A DNA stretch of 55,795 nucleotides, taken from Perkinsus chesapeaki ATCC PRA-425 (lineage: Eukaryota > Protista > Perkinsozoa). Under the pieces are notes generated by a model. The model made no database searches, had not been told where the DNA came from, and saw only the letters and a list, made by a program, of their open reading frames with translations. Position 1 is the stretch's first letter. Every line of letters starts with the position of its first letter. The stretch lies in NCBI GenBank assembly GCA_013115145.1, contig JAAPAO010000190.1, positions 1 to 55,795 of the forward strand, in the 5' to 3' direction. Both the position numbers and the translations under genes were made by a program. Positions 48,001-55,795 of this stretch are shown here, piece after piece.

Positions 48001-51000
48001 CAATTTCGAGTTGAAGTCCAGATGCTCAACGGTATGACAATGGCCGACCGATTCAACTTTATACAAACAGCCTCGGTAGAGATACTCCAGCCTGCCAGAA
48101 ATGTCCTGAATACATCAAACGCATTCGTCATAGAACTCCGACATGATAGCCAAGTAGCCCTACCATTCAACACACCACTAGCGTCACCCGACAGAAAAAC
48201 CAATGACCTAGACGTTAAATACAGTGACCTTGCAAAACAATCCAGTATATCTGGCGCAACAGCTATCTCGCAGCGCGGTGTATTAAATAAAGCTTTTCTG
48301 TCGTGGTTGCCTCGAGACCAGAGTCTGACCAACTGTATGAGGCATCCAGCTGACTATGACGAGTATCTGTGGGCTGGGCAATACTTCACGAATATCCGAA
48401 AGACTGTGTGGATGTCTCACATACCGTTTTTCTCCAATTGTCGTGGTTTTGGTCGAGCTATCCCATTATGGCAAGTGGTAGAGCATGGCGAAAAGTGCCG
48501 TATTGTGGACGAACAAGATACAGTGGGAAATGGGGGCACTGCTCCTGGGCTTCACTAGCTCTTGATAGGTAGCAATTGATCGATTGAGCTTCGGCGCTTT
48601 AGCCAGTGGTGATTACTGTGGGCCAAGTGACGACGGCTCGACCTCCCCTGTACGGCTTACATGCATTATCGATGAGAAGCCTAATGAGAAGCTACTGCTG
48701 CCACGCTGGTTTGAGGGCCAATCCGGTATTTGATTAATTACAATTTTATGTCCGATATCTCGCCCCTCGTAGGATCTATCCTATTTTATATATCACGCCG
48801 AGCCCTCACATCTATAGAATATGCGTCGATTGGGGAGCCTATGCCTGTGAGCCTTCCGAACCAAACAGATCTGAAACGTTCAAGTCTTAGGATGCCATTC
48901 CGATTGTTTTGACTCGCGGTGCAACTTCGGATGGGAAACTGATGAGAAGCGTTAAGCTCGACCTTAAATACTGGCAGAGAACTTCGAAAGAGAAGGTCCT
49001 CTGCACTGAATTGCCAAAGTCGGTGGTCTCAAGAGTTTCACAGGTGCTTATCAAAGGAGAAGTGGAATTCTCGAAATTCGAGACGCCTACTGCGCAACAA
49101 TTGAGTGGAGAGGCGTTGTGGGAGTATACATTGGAAATTAATTGGGAAGGAATGAGCCATATCGGGGTAAGCGTGGACACATACCGTGGCATCGGTCCCA
49201 CAGTGAAGCCGGAAGCCTTCCTAAAGCCAGCACGTGGTTTATAATGTTAGTATGCAGGTTATGAATAGCTTCGCCTTCCCTTGGGACTTCTATCTCATCT
49301 CTTTCACCGCTACATCATTCCTTCTGTTATCGGTCATGCTATTATTCTGGGGGTATAACTGGACATTCAGCCTCATCAAGTTCCCACCGAAGGTGCAGGC
49401 CTGAACCTCGGCTGACCACAATTCTCTCCCTTCAGATAACCGACTCGCGGTATATCCGTTTAATCTGCAAGCCTGTTGTCAAGGGAGCTGTCCTAGCTAT
49501 ACTGCCGTGCGCGCCCACTCTCATGCTCCTTATCATGTTTGTTCGCGGTACCATCGGAGACTTCTCACTTCCTTTCTTCGAATGCGCCGAGGGAACCTCA
49601 ATAGAAAACTGCGCAATTGGCATATTCGACAACTTTTTGACCAGCTGGAATGGAGAGACCCGTGTACCTTTTGAGCACATCGCCATACAAGAGTTATTAT
49701 CCTGTTAGGTTACCGAAACAACAGCGCAGCAAAGACGTCGCGCCAGGTCGGGTGTGGCGCTTTTGACAGTGGGAGCGTACATTGCCGTGCAAAGCGTCAA
49801 GGTAAGCCGTCTACACGCTGGCATGCTAAAGCGGATAACGCGTTAGGCCTTCCTTCCAGCCGCAGAGTCAAAGTTTTATGCTACCGGGAATAATGGTGGA
49901 GGTAGGATAATGAGACCTGTCTCACTGGAAGCTAATCTCACCGATAGATTATCACGGCCTATTGTAGGAAGATGTCAGGTATTGACGCACTGGAAAATAT
50001 TGATGAAGAAAGTGAGGATGACGAGGGGAATGAAGGGAGAATGAAGGAAGAGATAGCTGATGACAGCGAACTTCGTAGGCAATAAGTTGACATTCACATA
50101 ACTGGCCTGTGTAATATCACTTGAACTGTCAGCATCCGACGAACCAATCTTCATACCTCACATATGGAAGAGAACATGCTTCGCTCTAATCCTATTTGGC
50201 ATGGCTGTGGTTGCACTTATTCTTCTGCAGTTCTCATTCTCCCAGCTGTTCATGGATAACCTCTGGTTAATGCTGCTCGGCTTATATCTATTCGGTGAGC
50301 TTCTATGTGAGCACCAGAGTCAGGCTCACGCTGGATGCCCTCAGGAATAATTAGCGAAGTTATCCTCAACACTTTCGTGGCAGAAAGGCTCCTTCTGGTG
50401 CCTGCGGTTAACGTAGTCAGGCTTCTGTCGTCTCTGGCCATGCTTGCGAGTAAAGACTTCTTCACATTTATACTAACGCAGTTCGTGGTAAGGATTGTTC
50501 TGGCATGCACTCGGGAGACCCGTGCCTGGGAGTGTAAACCATTGTATTCAGGTTTTGGCTATACAGACTGTGGATCGCATGTACATATCTCCAAACAAGG
50601 CCTGGCTGCTGAGTCAGGCATACAACATAGCGGTTTCGACGGTAAATGCGATAAAGTGGGTCCTTAAGGGCGGTGACGAGAGCGATGTTCAAGCAAAGAT
50701 ACGCTCTACTATGGGTGGTAAGCCTACGATGCCGTTAGCATCGTCTCTGAGTTCGTGCTCAGGTGGGGGCTCACAGGAGGAGGATGACCTGATAGATGCT
50801 CTGGGAAACCCTATTAAGTCTGACGAAGGCATCGGTATGATATCGGGATTTAATATCGATGACGAAGGTGTGGTGGATGAGCCGATCGAACAATACGACA
50901 CCCGGGTGGAGGATATGATAGGATTCTTAGCCGGGTGAGTATAGCCTTTGTTATGCTATGACCGGTATCACAGAATCTGTGATACCGGTAGCATACAGGT

Positions 51001-54000
51001 ATGTGTGACACAGATAGATCAGATATTCCTCCGACTTAATTGAAAGCCTCCTCACTCCTTTCTTCATCTTCCTGTGTTACTCACTCTACGATGAAAGCCA
51101 AATACTCGGACAGTAGGTTGGGAGGCTTTCATGCCGATGATTTGCCGGAGCTCGAATTGATAAGAGTGTCACCGGCGTACCTCAATTGGGCAGTCTACTT
51201 GATGGAGATTATGAGCCGAGGCTTCCAGCGTGCACTGCAAGCTGGTCATACGTAGCTGAAACAGTTTGCAATAATTTCCGGGGTATTGGTAAATTTCATC
51301 CTCGGCCATATTATCGGGGAAGCATTAAGGTCGTACTCTCCTTCTTATCTGTCCTCCCCTTCAGGTATAATATTACCTCAGATCAGACATCCTACTACTT
51401 GGCATTCACAATAATCCTGGCGCTAACTCGCTTCCTATCAGACATTCTATGTCTCAACTCTCTTGAGCTTTTCCAGGGCTGGAAGCTCTTAGACTACTTC
51501 AAGTACGTCTCGTACCTTTCTTGGCACAATCTATCGCCTGGCATTCTGGTATAGGGGCTTCTTCCGCGCGTATGTACTGTAGGTATTGCAACTATCGGTT
51601 CATATCAAGACCCCATCGGTGGAAAGGCAAAGGGGAGCCTTTCGATGATACCGTGGCGCCGCACCTCAGGAGTATTGATCTCATGTGCTTCTCTGAGCAA
51701 TACTACTTCTGCTGCTACCTCAATGGACTTGGTGAGACCACAGAATCGGTTTATTGATTTAGCGAGCTTGGAGGGATTTGCCTACCAGCTTATATGAGGT
51801 TTGCACCAATCACATTGCTACGTTGTCTGTTCTATGAAATAGCATCAGTCAACGACATGCGCCGTGGGGCATTCTGCCACACTCGTATGTGAACCATAGG
51901 TATAATAACCTGGATCGTTGGCCTCCAAATTATACTGGCTAATCGATGGAATATCTTTGATGATCCAGCCTCAGCGATGGTATTCGTACTCAGCATTGCT
52001 GTATGCAAGCTTGGTCAAACGGGAACTATAACTACAGCGAACTATCTCAAGCTCTGGCAGGTTAGTACTCCACATTTTCACATACGTTGTTATTTTATCT
52101 CACGAGTCTAACCACTTCAACTGCTATCGAATGGGAGAACGATCTCAATCCCTTTATAAAATTCATTTTCGGACAGTACATACTCGGAGTTGGTCATAAG
52201 CTATTCCATTTATTCTCCCATTCAAGCGTATAAGTGGGAGCGCCCATCTGTTTCCAGATGCCATTTACGACACTTCAGGTTAATGAGGCGCCAATGAAGT
52301 ACCCTACCGCAACGGTGGCCGCACTAACTGCAGCAGCAACTCGCCAACAAGACAGTCCTCTGGTTCCTTTGGTGAAGATACCTGCCCCTCCCAGATCGGC
52401 GCTGGCCTTCTGGGTGAGTAACTTCAGTTCAACACAGTTCAGTTGTTTAGTGTAGCCTGAACCAAGTGAAGCTGATGCCCACAATCTTGAGCGATATCGC
52501 GAGGCATTTGTGAAGGAGAATCAACTCTGGCTGCAGCATTCATTTGATGAGCTCTTGAAAGATGACGTAGCAAAGTGGTGCGAATTAACTCATGTATCGC
52601 TCCGTTATTGAAGGTTCTCGTTAAGCATCGGAAGGCTCTTCTAAAGTCTATAGCGGGCGCCATTGGAGAGGTCGATCCTGATGAGTACAATCCTGCTAGT
52701 GGATCAGACCTGCAGCAACGGGCAAGAGCTCTGCCCCCCAAGACGCTACCCACGGGGGAGATTCATCAGAGATTTGAATCGACAAACGCCGGGGTGAGCT
52801 AGCTTGCTCCCTCGTTATGCCCGTTATATTCATCTTAGACACTGGCCCAGAATACTGTCTCTCGAGCTGGATACGATGTGACCAACTCGGTTCAAGCTAT
52901 CCTTGCCAATGACCCGCAAGGATTCCAGTTCGATGCTCCCCCTCCACACACATTGGTACTTTGCAATCTCGTGGATGACTGCAATGTGAAAATTCAGGCT
53001 CTCGGTAGAGCCGCGAGAAGACGTTTTGCACACGAATCTACAGCGGCTGCGGAGCTCAGTTTGCTATGGGTTCGTCGAGCAAGGTGGAGATATTATTGCT
53101 CCACCGCCGAGTGTACACCAGCCCGGCAGGTTCCTTCTGTATTTGCGACGCAGTACAAATAATTTGAGACCATCGCAGTACCGACTACGCGATCGTTGTG
53201 ATTTATGCGACAACGACCGCCATAACGGCAGAGGCCTTTGTTTAACACCCATTTATACCTTAGTGGAAATTGCCAGCGAGTACGTGGCGTAAGCCGGACG
53301 CTGCTAGATCGCGAATCGATTGCTGGTAGGTATAGACGACAAAGAGAGGTTTCACCTTTCTGGAATGCCCCGCTGTGGGAGCGGTTTTATACCAGATACA
53401 CTCCAACGTGTACCCTATGTTCACTCTGTCATGTAACCATGCTCTACGAGCCCCGTTCCCATAGTAGATATCTCTTCAGGCCTACTACTGGAAGCGCAAT
53501 ATCAACGTACCCATTGACAATCGTCGTAGAGCTACGCGTGGAGTATCCAATCAGCGGAGGACACCTCTGGATGTACTGGCCGATAGCCCCTATTCGCAGC
53601 TGCAGCCACCACCAAGGGTGGACAGGAGCGAGGTATGTGCCAGTAGAACTAGTGAACTCGAGGTCTCGTTGCCAGGCCGAAGTCTTGCTGCAATGGCTCC
53701 AGTGGGCGGAGCGAAGGCGTTCAGGCGATGACTGGCGGGGGTGGATCTCCGATTATGGTCACGAGCGTCCCTTGCCTCTCGAGCACGATTCCATCACGAA
53801 TCAGCTGGCTAACGATATAATAATGAAAGGACGAGCTGCGGCTGAGCAGGTATACACGTGATGCTGCGGATGCTACTAGCCGTTAAGGTTCAGGTGGAGG
53901 TGTCCAGTGATTCTTCTGATGACACTTCGAGTGTCAGCTTCTCCGTAGCGGAGCTCCGTTCTGCCTCGGCACAACCAATATTATTAACCTGGCTTGCCAA

Positions 54001-54255
54001 AGTGATAACTAGTGTAACGGCAGTCCATATAATTCACTTTAGGCAAAAGTGGCTGTCAGCAATAGGCCATCCCCTCTTCCCCCAGTGGCAGAGAGGTGGT
54101 TAGCGCTACAACAAAATAGCGGGGGGTATGCCGAAAGCTCCGACTCCTCGGAGGGATCTGGTACAGCATCGGCAGAAGCAGGGCTTGAGATTACTGAGTA
54201 CGCTGGGGATGCTCGCAATGATACAGTGTCGAATGACCTGGATGATTATTCATGA
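36040..54255 (+). CDS. Giant membrane protein: signal peptide, many IPT/TIG domains, GCC2/GCC3-type Cys-rich repeats, multi-pass TM region, cytoplasmic tail
   Basis: IPT motifs (PEIESVSPAEGHSNGGTRVTIYG, VASVSPSFGGTDGGTVVLLQG, IKGVYPQEGNMHGGGLISVHG); repeated CP.G.YCP units in 44240-46570; PFFSNCRGFG motif; hydrophobic segments about 49250-52050; tail SSDSSDD..PILLTWLAK. IPT and Cys-rich parts share one ORF (43876-48558). The 3' end is approximate. Confidence 0.8.
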
Positions 54256-55564
54256 TATGATGTATTTCTCATTGGCGTTTTGTTGTTGCGTACCCAGATG
54301 TCGGGAGGGCAACCACAGGGCCCGATCTCCAGCGGTATAACCTCAACGGCGTACCTTACAGTTATCGATGACGATATTTACATATTACGAGGTACTGTAA
54401 TAGCAATCTTCAACTGCAATAGTCAGAGATATCAACGACTCAAGACCACAAGCATTTTCTCATTGACAGTTGCATGTGTCCAAGCAAATGAGACTGAGCG
54501 TCGTAGAAGTTGGCATCTCGAGATCGAACCAAAGGCGCACCGAGTGCCGACGTTGATGACGGTGCCGTGATAATGCACATGTGATTACCGCACGTACATG
54601 ATACTATGCAGAGATGCACTGCCGCTTCAGTGAAATGTTTCGCACGGTCCGGTTGTGCACATCATCAACCCTTCTCCATAATGCGTACATTGCTTTGCTG
54701 GCCAAACTGCGTTTGTCTACATTCGCCATAACTCGGTTACTAACGACCACTTCTACGACTCAGAGGATATCGCCGCTGCTAGTGTCAGAGCAACCGTGTA
54801 ATTTTCTCCTGAGGCGGTGAAGGTGTGACAGCGGAGCCGGCCTTCATACAGGGATTTTTATTTGAAAAGTGCAATATCAAACCAACTTCGCCCGTTACTC
54901 GTTCGTAAAAGCCCCCTCGCACCATAACTCAGGAGTTCGCGATTTGCCAGCAGTTGAAAATGCATACATCAGGGGCCTATTTAAAAGTTCTCTTCGAGTA
55001 ATCTCCGTTAATCATATCAACGGTGGAACGGCCAAATTTTACTTCGACGGGCCTAAGCAGTTGTGTTGACGAACCTTAAGAATGCTTTCTGGACCTGGTA
55101 AGTTCTTCAAGCTAAAAAACGGACCCTCCTTCGGAAGAAAGGCTTCGTAAAGAGAAAAGTTCCCACACTTATTCTCACAAGAACCTCCCATTTAAGTGAT
55201 TCAATTCCCCAGCCGTGGCCGGCGGCCTCAAGTTACTAATTATAATATAATCGATCGTTCGGGCGAGCGCATATCATGCGTTGCACAAGAACCGGGCAAG
55301 ACCTTAGCTATTAATGGTTTTGGGTCGTTGCGCGATGGTGAAATAATATTCATATGGCTCATTTTTATCCGGTGGGGAGCTGTAGTAGATCTTGTTTTTG
55401 TAAGAAACCTAGTTTCATCATCATCTTGAGCCTTAAAATAAATTGAAAAGTAATTTATGTATCTCTGCGCTAGGCTTAGGTTTCCTGTCCCCGTATCTCA
55501 CAATTTTTCGCTGTCAATTGTTTTAGAGTTTACTCGACGTGTAATTTTACGACTAGCGCCTACC

Positions 55565-55795
55565 ATGTCTACTGCCAATTCAACTCAAATTGGCACTTCT
55601 ACTAAGCCGCTCGTTCAGAAAGAAGCCGCTAAGGCTGATGAAAGTAATGATGAAGTCACTGAGGCTACCAAGGAGTTGTTGACTTCCGATGATTGGAAAG
55701 AGAAGATCCACCGTCCTACTGCTGATACTCGTGTGAAGACTACCGATGTTACTGCTACTAAGGGTAACGATTTTGAGGACTACTTTTTGAAGCGC
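55565..55795 (+). CDS. DDX6: DEAD-box helicase DDX6/Dhh1, 5' end only
   Basis: MSTANS...[36 protein letters not shown] matches the conserved DDX6/Dhh1 motif preceding the helicase core. Confidence 0.9.
   Translation, partial: MSTANSTQIGTSTKPLVQKEAAKADESNDEVTEATKELLTSDDWKEKIHRPTADTRVKTTDVTATKGNDFEDYFLKR

Noticed and set aside
44215-48332. Many short minus-strand and alternate-frame ORFs within the giant gene
   Set aside because: Shadow ORFs of the 1560-aa plus-strand exon with no independent motifs.
54280-55069. Short ORFs between the giant gene and DDX6
   Set aside because: No consistent spliced model or recognisable family could be built; may be a small gene but is unsupported here.

Overview
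Compact eukaryotic genomic DNA: genes are tightly packed with short (about 35-60 nt) GT-AG introns, there are two N gaps and two stretches that look like low-quality read ends. Gene style and content suggest an alveolate, most likely Perkinsus (inference). The most notable structure is a tRNA-Gly(GCC) gene split in two by a 2235-bp insertion (15807-18041) that is flanked by a 7-bp target-site duplication (TTGGTCT) and encodes the C-terminal part of a DDE-type transposase-like protein. This fits a tRNA-targeting DNA transposon of the Dada type, probably internally deleted. That superfamily is already described, so this is a probable new copy or variant rather than a new system. The window also holds an intact tRNA-Ser(AGA) inside an intron of an organellar-type DEAD-box helicase, a PRPP synthetase with a mitochondrial-type presequence and membrane anchor, a neutral-sphingomyelinase-like EEP enzyme, a CFAP97-domain gene, a coiled-coil/C2 gene, a His-rich protein, two paralogous small secreted proteins, an approximately 18-kb IPT/TIG + Cys-rich repeat + multi-TM gene, the 5' end of DDX6/Dhh1, and five tandem repeats. 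Exon structures were spliced by eye and no database searches were run.
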